In this document: positions 1 to 10,357 of the stretch, piece after piece
Layout: each line of letters starts with the position of its first letter
Position numbering within the stretch: the stretch's first letter is position 1
Origin: Terriglobia bacterium
GTDB taxonomy: Bacteria > Acidobacteriota > Terriglobia > 20CM-2-55-15
Length of the DNA: 64,000 nucleotides
Reading direction: 5' to 3'
NCBI GenBank assembly: GCA_965218585.1
Contig: CBDCLE010000003.1
Location: 96,001-160,000 of the forward strand
Notes under the pieces: generated by a model
Databases searched by the model: none
What the model saw: the letters and a program-made list of their open reading frames with translations, nothing else
Told to the model about the DNA's origin: nothing
Program-made: the position numbers and the translations under genes

Positions 1-142
1 GCACACGGTCCAACTCGGGTCTCAGCTCCTCGAAGAGCGAAGAGCCTGTACATGCATCGGTGCTTTCGAATCGGGCCAGATCCGCAAAGTAAGTTTGGAG
101 ATTATGGTCCAGTGGAGACCGTGGGAGCGCGGATGTCGTCAT
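1..142 (-). CDS. Possible 5' part of a hypothetical protein running off the window edge (MTTSALPRSPLDHNLQTYFADLARF...)
   Basis: Open frame from ATG at 142 to position 1, divergent from the DUF1538 operon; no recognisable motif. Confidence 0.3.
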   Translation of the reverse strand, partial: MTTSALPRSPLDHNLQTYFADLARFESTDACTGSSLFEELRPELDRV

Positions 143-436
143 AGGCGTTTGGAACTCAGCCTGCTGCTGTCTGCTGATAACTCTTCCATTACAGTCGTCG
201 TGATACCTGCCTGGTCCCGAAAGACTACATTAACAATGGTTTCAACGCATGTGAAGACACTAACCGGTGTTCGTAAATGCGTTTCGACAGGTTCGACACT
301 CTACCCTTGATCCTGAACGGCATGGGTGTGATGCTGTAGCCCGCTTGCAATCCACCACAGCTGCCCGCGCGGTGATTTTCAGGTAGACTAACGGGCAATC
401 CGAGGAAGCGATAACAGCGATGATAGGGAAGGCCGC

Positions 437-2216
437 ATGACCCAACACATTCGGTTCGGGAGCTTTAACCGTGAACTGAACATCCAGCTGGACCAGATCA
501 GCTATAACGAGATGATCCCGACCGTCACCTACGATGCGGCCGGCAACGAACTCCCTCAAAAACCTGAAGCGCTCTCACTCGGTGCAGGAGATGTCTATCG
601 TCTACTGCGCCCCTATCTTTCTGTCAGGTTCATCGATCAGTTCAAGGCGGTGATGCCGCTAACCAACCTTGTATCTGGTGTTGTTCCAGCTTTTCATTCT
701 GCGACAGGCGGTGCAGGATGCCTGGGTTATTTCGGTCGGCCTGCTCGCAGTCGTCATGGGTTTGATGCTGTTTATGGAGGGGTTAAAGGTCGGTTTGATG
801 CCATTCGGGGAAACGCTCGGCATTTCGCTGCCAGCCAAGGCAACGCTCGCCACCGTAGTGCCTGTCGTGTTTCTGCTGGGCATAGGCGTCACGTTTGCGG
901 AACCTGCGATTGGCGCGCTACAGACAGCGGGCTCACTGGTCAGTGTGTCCCAGGCGCCCTATCTCTACACATTGCTGACGGACTGGGCAGGTGCGCTTGT
1001 ACTCGCGGTTGGTATCGGCGTCGGACTTGCCGCCGTGCTCGGCACGATCCGCTTCATCTTCGGATGGAGCCTGAAACCCCTGATCTACGTCACGCTTGCA
1101 CCGGTTTTGGCGATCAGCGCCTACATGGCGCTCGATCCGGAATTGTGCAAGGTTCTCGGCCTTGCTTTCGATTCTGGCGCGGTGACCACGGGACCCGTCA
1201 CCGTACCGCTGGTTTTGTCCCTGGGGATCGGCATTGCCCATGCGGCGGGCAAGGGAACGGACTCGTTGTCCGGCTTCAGTATCGTCACGCTCGCATCTCT
1301 CTTCCCCATTATCGCAGTGATGGGGCTCACGCTTTATGTTGCCGGGCAGACAGACCCGGAATCGATCCTCGCCGCCGCAAACGAAGTCCAGGCCGAAATG
1401 GGTGAGCTGTCCTGGTATCAATTGACGCCGGCTTTGGAGATCATTGGCGGCATCCGCGCCATCGTCCCGCTGGTGGTTTTTCTTTTGCTGGTGCTGCTCG
1501 TGCTGCTCAGGGAGCGGTTACCCAACCCGAAAATCATTGGATTCGGCATTCTGCTCTGTGTGCTCGGTATGTGTATCTTCAATCTGGGCCTAGGTTATGG
1601 TCTTTCGAAATTGGGTGGACAGAGCGGAGGGTTGGTTCCCGCGGCGTTTACAAGCATACAGGGCGTGGACGGTTCGCCTTTGTATTTCCTGGCACTGGGA
1701 CTCGGCATTGCCATCGGCTTTGCCTGGCTCCTGGGCTTTGGAGCCACGTTGGCAGAACCTGCGCTGAACGCATTGGGCATCACAGTTGAGAACCTCACCA
1801 ACGGGTCCTTCAGGAAGTCGACGCTGATGTATGCGGTGTCTGTCGGTGTGGGCTTTGGTGTCGCAATCGGCGTAGCGAAGATCATATTTGACATTCCAAT
1901 GGCGTGGCTTTTGATTCCGGGTTACTTGATCGCGGCTGGATTGACCGCCTTATCGAGTGAAGAGTTCGTCAATATCGCCTGGGACAGTGCAGGCGTCACG
2001 ACAGGGCCCGTGACGGTCCCTTTGGTTCTGGCGATGGGACTCGGGTTTGGCAATGCACTCGGGGCAATTGAAGGATTCGGCATCCTGTCCATGGCGTCGA
2101 TCGGTCCCATCATTGCAGTTCTTTCAACCGGTCTCTATATTCGCTGGAAAATTGCCCGAAGGCATGCAAGAGCTGAAGCGGAAGACTACGAGGAACCCAC
2201 GGGTGCCATGGTATGA
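437..2216 (+). pseudogene. DUF1538-family membrane protein with two fused repeats, frameshifted by a 4-bp AACC duplication at 661-668
   Basis: Two internal repeats, each with AEP and DS(G/A)xVTTGPVTVPLVL. Removing one AACC joins ORF 437 to ORF 669: ...KAVMPLTLYLVLFQLFILRQ. The 669..2216 part (TTG start) might still be expressed. Confidence 0.75.
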
Positions 2217-2590
2217 CTAGAGAATTTACGATACTCACAGATGTTTCAATGATCACGTGCATCGTCCAGCGCGGGAAAGCGGACCGCGTCATCCAGGCCG
2301 CCCAAGATGCCGGGGCACAGGGTGCGACGGTCTATTATGGTTACGGCAGCAGCGTTCGTGAGCGGTTGGGGATTCTCGGGCTCGCGATCGACGTCGAAAA
2401 AGAAATCATCGTGACACTGGTTGCCGATGATCAGGTCCATCGTATTTTTGAGCGGATGTACTTCGCGGCTGAACTAGACGTACCTGGGAACGGCATTATC
2501 TATGTCACCAAACTCGATAAAGCCGCCACATACATCCCCAAGGAAATTATCGAGCGCGTAAACGCCAAGGTATCGGAGTCGGCCCGGTGA
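2213..2590 (+). CDS. PII-like signal transduction protein
   Basis: ITCIVQRG...GAQGAT...EKE...G.GIIYV PII-fold pattern; ATGA overlap with the upstream gene. Confidence 0.85.
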   Translation: MTREFTILTDVSMITCIVQRGKADRVIQAAQDAGAQGATVYYGYGSSVRERLGILGLAIDVEKEIIVTLVADDQVHRIFERMYFAAELDVPGNGIIYVTKLDKAATYIPKEIIERVNAKVSESAR

Positions 2591-2931
2591 AGGGCATTAT
2601 CGAAAATGCCAGACTGATTACCTGCATCCTGCCAAAAGGAAAGGCGCAGCTCGTCCAGAAGGCGTTGGTCGAAGAAAAGGGATTGCACACTGCCAATTTT
2701 CACCATGGTCGTGGTGTTGGCCGCTTTTCACCCTTGACAGCCAGGGGTATGGGTGAGCAACAGGAAAGGGAGATTCTTGAAGTCAACGTGGCCGCCGACA
2801 GGGCCGACGACCTATTCGAGTTCATGTTCTTCAAGGGCGAAATGGACCAGCCTCACGGCGGCATCATTTTCATGACCACCCTAGTCAATGGCATGGGCAT
2901 GGGGGTGCCGGACCTGTCGGGCGAAGGGTGA
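2587..2931 (+). CDS. Second PII-like protein
   Basis: LITCILPKG...GRGVGR...E.EILEV...GGIIFM; GTGA overlap with the previous gene. Confidence 0.75.
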   Translation: MKGIIENARLITCILPKGKAQLVQKALVEEKGLHTANFHHGRGVGRFSPLTARGMGEQQEREILEVNVAADRADDLFEFMFFKGEMDQPHGGIIFMTTLVNGMGMGVPDLSGEG

Positions 2932-3031
2932 ACGCTCTCATCGGGCGCGTCCGGACGCGTTTGCAACTGGCGCCGGCCGTGCCGCAGATCCGTTAACCTG
3001 TGGTTCCACGCGAAGGAGGTATTGGAGACTC

Positions 3032-5554
3032 ATGGAACTGGACCTGGGATCCGTCGTACTTCTGCTCGCGGGACTCCTTTTCGCCTCCGCGCTGATATCG
3101 CTTTTTGCAAGCCGCACAGCGTTTCCATATACGGTCCTTCTGGTTGTCTTCGGCTTCGCTCTCCGCTTGATGTTCGCCGAGTGGGAAGGATTTGAGTATC
3201 TCGAATCGGAAATCGCCACCGAAGTCGTGTTCTTTGTTTTCCTCCCCACGCTACTGTTTGAATCCTCGTTCAATCTCGACTCCAAGCTTCTTTTCCGGAA
3301 CATCGTCCCTGTCCTGACGCTCGCGATCCCTGCTTTTCTCCTTTCGACGGCGATCGTTGGCTATCTCGGATCCTGGGCACTCGGCATACCGCTGGTGACC
3401 GCCCTCCTTTTCGGAGCTCTTATCTCGGCTACCGACCCTGTGGCCGTCGTGGCTCTGTTCAAGGAACTGGGCGCTCCAAAGCGGCTGATGGTGTTAGTCG
3501 AAGGTGAAAGCCTATTTAACGACGCCACAGCGATCGTCCTGTTCAACGTTCTGCTGGGAATCGCAGTGGGTGGAGCGGCGGCAACCTTATCACTGACTTC
3601 AGCTATCCTGAATTTCTTTGTCGTTTTTCTGGGTGGGATTGTCGTCGGCGCCGTTATAGCGTTTACCTTTGCCGAGATCCTGTCGATGGTACGCGACAAC
3701 GAGCTCGTCGAAATCACGCTCACGACAATAGTCGCGTACATGTCGTTCATAGTGGCCGAACACTATCTTCATGTTTCCGGTGTGATGGCAACCGGGGCGG
3801 CGGGAGTCATTCTTGGGGGTTGGGGACGCACGAAGATTTCCCCGTCCGTCGGTCATTTTATGCATTCGTTCTGGGAGTATCTGTCGTTCGTCGCCAATTC
3901 ACTGATTTTCCTCCTCGTGGGTCTGGCGCTGAGTCCGGCCCTGATCCGTGAGTTCCTTTTCGCGGTGCTCCTGGCAATACCGATCGTGTACTTTTCCCGC
4001 GCTTTGAGCATTGCGATCGCAGTTCCCCTGGTTAATCGAACACGGATGATCGAGCCGATCGATATGCGCTATCGGCTGGTCATGTACTGGGGGGGCCTGA
4101 GGGGAGCGCTTGCGCTGGCACTGGCCCTGAGTTTGCCGCCGGACTTCGCAGCCAAGGAGTTGATCCTGGTTTCAGCGATGGGCGTGGTCATGGCAACGCT
4201 ACTCGTTAACGCAGTGACAATCGGACCGCTTCTTCGATTACTTGGCTTCGACCGCCTCTCGCCGGCCGAACTATTCGCCCGCTTCGAAAGCCTCCTGATG
4301 CTGAAGCGTGACACGCGTTCGAAGCTCGGCCGCTTCGGGGAAGAAAGAGCAATCGCGCCCAGCATCGTTGACAAGGTCCGAATGAGTTACCTGAACCGCG
4401 AATCACAGATAGAAACTGAACGCGAAACGTCCATGTCCGGGGACGGGCAACTCAGCAACCGGGATCAGTTGGAAGTAGTTTCACACCAGGCACTGTGTAT
4501 CGAGAAACAGCATTACTGGGAGGAGTTCGCTGAGGGTCACCTCCGCGAACAGGCCTACAAGCAACTCATCCAGGATGTGGATTACCAGGCCGATCACGTC
4601 AAGGCATACGGTGAATTCCCTGAGACGTTTGAAGAGGCCGGCACACGAGAAAGTCCACTGGACTACGTCCTCTACAAACTGGGAATCTTCAGCCACTACC
4701 TTCAGACGCGCAAAGTGGGGGAGATGGCCGACCGTTTCGAACAGAACAGCGCGAAAGCCGCAGGTGCCCGCTCGGTTGCATCTTTACTGGACCGGTTGCA
4801 CAAGGAAGAAACTATCGACGAAGACGCCTACCGAGCGGTCCGAAACTATTACCAGTTCCGTCACGACAAGGCACAACGCGAGCTATCATCGATGGCCGCC
4901 GACTATCCCGAATACGTCGAACGGACCCAGGAATTTCTGCTGACCCGTAGTTGTCTCCATAACGAAGAAGCCACACTGCAAATGTTGAGAGACCTGGGAC
5001 TCGTTCCGGATAAAGTCTATTTACAACATAAGGAAGAGATCGCGGATGGATTTGCCCGCCTTCGCAATCGGCCCGTTGAAAATCTTCAGCTTGACCCCGC
5101 CTCGTTGCTGGCGCAGATTCCTCTGTTCGAACACTGCTCCGAAGATGATCTCGCCCGAGTCGCCCAGCTTCTCGAGTCGGAGTCGTTTGCAGAGGGCGAC
5201 CGGATCGTACGCCAGGGCGAGTCCGGTGATTCGATGTATGTCATCGCCCGGGGCGCAGTAAAGGTACTCAAAGAAATCGATAATCAGCAACCCGACCTGC
5301 TGGCGATCCTTGTTGCAGGAGGATTTTTCGGAGAGATCGCTTTGCTCGGCGAGTCCCCAAGAACTGCAAGCGTCAGGGCCGCAAGCCCGTGTACAATGCT
5401 GCGACTGCGGCGGCGTAATCTCGAAACACTGATGACTTTGTCTCCAGACATCAAGCGATCCGTTCAAAGAGCCTACAAGGAACGCCTGGCGGCGTTGGAA
5501 TCTCTCACGACCGAGGAATCCGCACCCGGAGCGAGCGAAGCCTCTCCGGCATAA
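3032..5554 (+). CDS. CPA1 Na+/H+ antiporter with C-terminal cyclic-nucleotide-binding domain
   Basis: ATDPVAV, GESLFND and GLRGA CPA1 motifs; C-terminal QGESGDSMYVI..G..FFGEIALL...PRTASV cNMP motif; GGAG upstream of ATG 3032. Confidence 0.9.
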   Translation: MELDLGSVVLLLAGLLFASALISLFASRTAFPYTVLLVVFGFALRLMFAEWEGFEYLESEIATEVVFFVFLPTLLFESSFNLDSKLLFRNIVPVLTLAIPAFLLSTAIVGYLGSWALGIPLVTALLFGALISATDPVAVVALFKELGAPKRLMVLVEGESLFNDATAIVLFNVLLGIAVGGAAATLSLTSAILNFFVVFLGGIVVGAVIAFTFAEILSMVRDNELVEITLTTIVAYMSFIVAEHYLHVSGVMATGAAGVILGGWGRTKISPSVGHFMHSFWEYLSFVANSLIFLLVGLALSPALIREFLFAVLLAIPIVYFSRALSIAIAVPLVNRTRMIEPIDMRYRLVMYWGGLRGALALALALSLPPDFAAKELILVSAMGVVMATLLVNAVTIGPLLRLLGFDRLSPAELFARFESLLMLKRDTRSKLGRFGEERAIAPSIVDKVRMSYLNRESQIETERETSMSGDGQLSNRDQLEVVSHQALCIEKQHYWEEFAEGHLREQAYKQLIQDVDYQADHVKAYGEFPETFEEAGTRESPLDYVLYKLGIFSHYLQTRKVGEMADRFEQNSAKAAGARSVASLLDRLHKEETIDEDAYRAVRNYYQFRHDKAQRELSSMAADYPEYVERTQEFLLTRSCLHNEEATLQMLRDLGLVPDKVYLQHKEEIADGFARLRNRPVENLQLDPASLLAQIPLFEHCSEDDLARVAQLLESESFAEGDRIVRQGESGDSMYVIARGAVKVLKEIDNQQPDLLAILVAGGFFGEIALLGESPRTASVRAASPCTMLRLRRRNLETLMTLSPDIKRSVQRAYKERLAALESLTTEESAPGASEASPA

Positions 5555-5566
5555 CAGGAGTCATCG

Positions 5567-7243
5567 ATGGACATCTTTAACGCATTCCTGACCGTAATGA
5601 ACAACATCCTCTGGCACAACGTGGTGCTCTTCGCCATCCTCGGTCTTGGACTCCTGTTGCTCGTCTGGACGAAGTTCGCTCCGATCGTCGCGCTTACTCA
5701 CGGCGTCGCCATTATCCGAGGCAAGTTCGACGACAAGGATGACCCGGGCGCCATCAGTCACTTCCAGGCTCTCTCGGCAGCACTGTCGGCCACTGTCGGG
5801 CTCGGAAATATCGGGGGCGTAGCGCTGGCCATCTCTCTGGGGGGGCCGGGTGCTGTGTTCTGGATGTGGGTTGTTGGGCTGGCGGGAATGGCCATCAAGA
5901 CGACGGAAGTCACCCAGTCCATGCTCTACCGGAACACGACCGATCCGGACAATCCACACGGCGGACCCATGTTCGTCGTCAGCCGTGGCCTCGCCGAGAT
6001 GAATCCTGCCTGGAAGAGCTTGGGCCGGTGGGTAGGCTACATCTTCTGCGTCACACTGATGGTCTCCACGGTGACCGGCGGCAATATGTTCCAGGCCTGG
6101 AACGTGGGCAACGTCACCGCGTTGAACTTTGGAGTTCCGTCGCTGTTAACGGGACTTATCCTCGCAATCATCACGGGACTTGTCATTATCGGAGGGATCA
6201 AGAGAATCGGAGCCGTCGCCGGAAAACTCGTGCCCTTCATGTGTGGCCTGTATCTGCTGGCATCGGTATACGTGTTGATTCTGAACTTCAGCGCGATTCC
6301 GGGACTGTTTCGAATGATCGTCGTTTCTGCGTTCAGCCCGGTCGAGGCACAGGGTGCGTTCATAGGTGGCACATTTGGTTACGCGTTCCTCCTGGGGATG
6401 CGGAGGGCTCTCTTCTCAAACGAAGCGGGGCAGGGTTCAGCGCCGATCGCCCATTCGGCGGCTCGAACGAACGAACCGGTTCGTGAGGGTATCGTGGCAG
6501 GCCTGGAACCTTTTATCGATACGATCGTCGTATGCACCCTCACGGCGCTCGTCATCCTGGCCAGTGGGGCATGGAACCGGGCACCTGAAACACAGTTTGA
6601 AACGCCGCCCGAAATCGTTGAAGTCTCGCCGGGAGAGTGGGCGATCGAGGGTTCAGAAATCGACCCGAATTTCGACTGGCAGGCAGGACAGAGGTTGTTT
6701 CTCATCCTCGAAACAGGAAGACAGAACGAGCAGACCGGTACAACCCTCGACCAAATGACCGGAGTTGTCGTTGCTTCCGGCGATGGTTTTGACGTTGAAT
6801 GGGACTCTTGGACAGGGACCGGAACCCCTACGCTGCCTGGACCCGGCATCCATCTGAACTATACGGGCGCCAGCCTCACGAGCCTCGCGTTCGACCGAGT
6901 CCAGCCCGGATTGGGCCGCTGGCTGGTGACTCTCGCTTCCTGGCTGTTCGCAATATCGACAATGATCTCCTGGAGTTACTACGGAGAACAGGGCATCGTC
7001 TTCATGTTTGGCGCCAAATGGGTACGCACGTACAAATTCATCTATTGTCTGCTGATTATCGTCGCCGCCTCGGGCTTCATCACGACCGACCAGCAACTGG
7101 ACGGCCTGACCGGGACCGGTACCGGCGTCATGTTGTTCGCGAACATCCCGATCATCCTGCTCTTCAGCCGCAAAGCGATGTCGGAGTACCACGAATATGT
7201 CCGTCGCCTGCGGTCCGGGGAAATGCGACCTAACGTCTCCTGA
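5567..7243 (+). CDS. Alanine/glycine:cation symporter (AGCS) family transporter
   Basis: ATVGLGNIGGVA, GGPGAVFWMW, FSNEAGQGSAPIAH and FIDTIVVCT motifs; SD AGGAG. Confidence 0.92.
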   Translation: MDIFNAFLTVMNNILWHNVVLFAILGLGLLLLVWTKFAPIVALTHGVAIIRGKFDDKDDPGAISHFQALSAALSATVGLGNIGGVALAISLGGPGAVFWMWVVGLAGMAIKTTEVTQSMLYRNTTDPDNPHGGPMFVVSRGLAEMNPAWKSLGRWVGYIFCVTLMVSTVTGGNMFQAWNVGNVTALNFGVPSLLTGLILAIITGLVIIGGIKRIGAVAGKLVPFMCGLYLLASVYVLILNFSAIPGLFRMIVVSAFSPVEAQGAFIGGTFGYAFLLGMRRALFSNEAGQGSAPIAHSAARTNEPVREGIVAGLEPFIDTIVVCTLTALVILASGAWNRAPETQFETPPEIVEVSPGEWAIEGSEIDPNFDWQAGQRLFLILETGRQNEQTGTTLDQMTGVVVASGDGFDVEWDSWTGTGTPTLPGPGIHLNYTGASLTSLAFDRVQPGLGRWLVTLASWLFAISTMISWSYYGEQGIVFMFGAKWVRTYKFIYCLLIIVAASGFITTDQQLDGLTGTGTGVMLFANIPIILLFSRKAMSEYHEYVRRLRSGEMRPNVS

Positions 7244-7288
7244 CTGGACCTCACGCCGCCGGCAATTGAGGCGCGCCTCGTCTTTTGA

Positions 7289-8845
7289 ATGATCTTTCGC
7301 AGTCCTCATTCTGAAGTCACGATACCTGACGTCTCGTTGGGAGAACTCCTTCTAACCAGGGCCGCTGGGTTCGGAGACAAGCTGGCTCTCATCGACGGGC
7401 CTACAGGCAGAAGCTATACCTTCACCAAATTTGTGTCCTTCGTGAAACGGATAGCCGCAAGTCTGGCTGAGATGGGTTTTAAGAAAGGGGACGTGCTGGC
7501 GCTGATGTGCCCCAACTGTCCCGAGTATGGGATGGTGTTTGTGGCGACAGCGCTGTTGGGCGGGGTCACGACACCGCTCAATCCGATGTCGACGACCATC
7601 GAGTTGGACACGCAGGCCAGTGATTGCGGGGCCCAGTATCTGTTCACGACTCCGGAAATCCTGGATCGCCTGGAAGGGAGTTCGGCGACGGATTGGAAAA
7701 ATATCATCGTAATTGGCAGCGCTCGAGGAACCACACCGTTTGAAAGGCTGCTGGAATCTAAGACCGAACCTCCCCATATCCAAATAGATTCCACAGAAGA
7801 CAACGTCGTTCTTCCGTATTCCAGTGGAACGACGGGGATTTCAAAAGGCGTCGTACTGACGCACCGGAACCTCGTCGCCAATCTTCGGCAGATCGCCAAC
7901 GGGATTTTCACAGAAGATGCTGTCATTGCTGGCCTCCCCCCGTTTTTTCATATCTACGGCCTCACGGTTGTTCTGCTACTGGGTCTATACCGCGGAGCGA
8001 CAAACGTCATTCTGCCGCGATTCGAAATGACGTCCTTCGTGGATAGCGTCGAGCGGTACGGCATAACACATGCCAACCTCGTTCCGCCCCTGATCCTGGC
8101 GCTCGCAAACCATGCTGGAGTGGAACCGAAACGACTGGCGAGCCTCGGAACTGTTCAGAGTGGAGCTGCACCGCTATCTCCGAATACTGCTCGGTCGTTC
8201 GGGGATCGCTTCGGGTGCCGTGTGCTACAAGGATATGGTTTGACCGAAACCAGCCCCGTCACCCACCTTGCACCACTGGTTTCGGTGGACATTCCTATCG
8301 AATCAATCGGACCGCCGGTTCCCAACACCGAATGCCGGATCGTGGACGTCGACACGGGAAGCGAGCTTGGAGCCGATCAACGAGGAGAGCTCTACATAAG
8401 GGGTCCTCAGGTCATGCGCGGCTATCTGAACGATGCCGAGAAGACTGCTGGGATGATCGATTCCGAAGGCTGGCTCCAGACAGGAGACATGGCCTATGCA
8501 GACGAGCGAGGAAATTTCTATATCGTCGACCGTATCAAGGAACTCATCAAATACAAGGCCTACCCGATCGCTCCCGCCGAACTTGAAACCGTCCTTCTTG
8601 CTCACCCCTTGGTCAAAGACGCGGCCGTCGTGCCTGTTCCCGACCAAACCGCGGGCCAGATACCCAAAGCATTCGTCGTTGGTGATGAGTCCCTGGAGCC
8701 GATCGAATTGATGGCATGGGTCGGAGAACGCGTGTCCCCACATAAGAGGATCCGCAAAGTCGAGTTCATCGATGCGATCCCGAGATCGGCATCGGGAAAG
8801 ATCTTACGGCGTGTTTTAGTGGAGAGAGAAGGGACGGCATCGTAG
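7289..8845 (+). CDS. Acyl-CoA synthetase, 4-coumarate--CoA ligase-like
   Basis: YSSGTTGISKG, QGYGLTE, TGD, DRIKELIK and PRSASGKILR ANL motifs. Confidence 0.88.
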   Translation: MIFRSPHSEVTIPDVSLGELLLTRAAGFGDKLALIDGPTGRSYTFTKFVSFVKRIAASLAEMGFKKGDVLALMCPNCPEYGMVFVATALLGGVTTPLNPMSTTIELDTQASDCGAQYLFTTPEILDRLEGSSATDWKNIIVIGSARGTTPFERLLESKTEPPHIQIDSTEDNVVLPYSSGTTGISKGVVLTHRNLVANLRQIANGIFTEDAVIAGLPPFFHIYGLTVVLLLGLYRGATNVILPRFEMTSFVDSVERYGITHANLVPPLILALANHAGVEPKRLASLGTVQSGAAPLSPNTARSFGDRFGCRVLQGYGLTETSPVTHLAPLVSVDIPIESIGPPVPNTECRIVDVDTGSELGADQRGELYIRGPQVMRGYLNDAEKTAGMIDSEGWLQTGDMAYADERGNFYIVDRIKELIKYKAYPIAPAELETVLLAHPLVKDAAVVPVPDQTAGQIPKAFVVGDESLEPIELMAWVGERVSPHKRIRKVEFIDAIPRSASGKILRRVLVEREGTAS

Positions 8846-8856
8846 AACGACCCCGC

Positions 8857-10224
8857 TCAACGTTCGATAGCCGGGATCTGCTCCAGCAATCTCTAATCCC
8901 TTGTGCCGAGTGCACCAACAATTCCGAGCGGCATGTTCGAACTGATTCGAACGTAGCCCGATTGGAGAGTTTCAGGCACAACCGCGGTGTGCTGCCTGCG
9001 CGGCGACAGGGACAAATCTTCCGCGTTCAGGACGGTACCGTCGGATTGAACAACCTCGATCGTGACGTCGGCCTGAACGGCCAGCAGTTCGTTGGGATTG
9101 GCCATGGCGAGTCCCGAATAATAGGTGTTCCCACCTAACGCCAGCGGAAGAACCCACGGGCCCGTCGACGCCGGACCTATCGGGTACACCATGGATGACT
9201 CGGTGAAAGTTCCCTGACCAATGCTGGCGACTTCGAGGCTGCCGATCAGAGAAACAGTCTGGCCTCCGGTCTCACGAAGCCTAATGTAGCCGTCTACAAC
9301 GGGAGCAGGAAAAACAGCGATCCTCACAACACCGAACAGTTCCTGAACGTCGTTTCGAATCCCTTCACCCGGTCCCAGTGTTCTCCGAACGAGTTCGCCC
9401 ACGACGCCTCCGGATCCGTCTTCGGCGATGAGCTCGACAGTGATGGTTCCGTCTGTTGGATTGACGAGATTGAGTGTGGATCGATAGCCTCCCCCGAAGA
9501 CAAAGAACGGAGCCAGATACGTGCTTGTGGGATCCGGGACGGGTTCAGCACTGAGAATATTCCCGAACAGTGGTGTCTCCACCCTCTGCCACGCGACGAT
9601 TTCAGCGCCGGAACTCAAACGAAGGTACCCTTCGAATACCCGACCGCCCGCTCCGTTGTCGGGCAGGACATCGCGGAAGATATCTGAAATCCTCAACGTG
9701 ACACTCCTGTTGGCGGCGAGCGTCACAGCAAAGCTCCCTCGGGAAACGCCGTCGAGGCCGATCAGTTCCAGCGTCACACCGGCAGGAAGAAACCCTCCCG
9801 GCCTCACGAGCGTGACAAGCGTATCGGTGTGGCCCAGCTCTCTGAAACCTGTATCGATCCGTACGTCGGACAGCAGAAGCGTAGTAGCTGGTGCAAGAGG
9901 TTTTGCGATTGCCAACCGATCCGGATCTCCGTGAGCCAAAACAACGTCAACACCGGAAGCTGCAGAATCCACGCGGACCCAGCCCGAATCCGGACGCTCT
10001 GCACCGGAAAGAATTTATTCCAGCAGTAGCGCCCTTTGCTCGCCAGGCGACAGGGAGACCTGCCCGCTGGAAACAACACCCGTATCACCGTCGGTCGCCG
10101 AGACCTCAACGATGGCTGCTGACTCCGCTGAATTAACGAAGGAAAGCCCGATGTAGTCGTTGGGTCCTCGGTCGAAGAGCGGTAAAAAGCTCTGAAGAAG
10201 TACTGTAAGGAAAAGCGCGTTCAT
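8857..10224 (-). pseudogene. Secreted repeat-domain hypothetical protein with an in-frame TAA (10015-10017) and probably a second premature TAG (8893-8895)
   Basis: ORFs 10015..10224 and 8893..9972 share one frame (...RALLLE*ILSGAERPDSGWVRVDS...). After the TAG the frame continues RLLEQIPAIER to a TGA at 8857. Confidence 0.65.
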
Positions 10225-10357
10225 CCCTCTTGATGTCCCCTGATCATAGCCCTACCGCGAATGTCACAACGATATAGACGCTTGGAAAGCCATAGGGTTT
10301 ATCCTGACACTGAATTCTCGGTTTGTGCCGGCATCGGCATGAAAGGCGTCAAGCAGA

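Noticed and set aside
669-1405. Arg/Cys-rich continuation of the 322-aa ORF 437..1405
   Set aside because: Out-of-frame read-through after the AACC duplication; it overlaps the real DUF1538 frame
8893-10017. Stop-codon reassignment (Pyl or alternative code) to explain in-frame stops
   Set aside because: The two stops differ (TAA, TAG) and many intact genes here end in TAG, TAA or TGA
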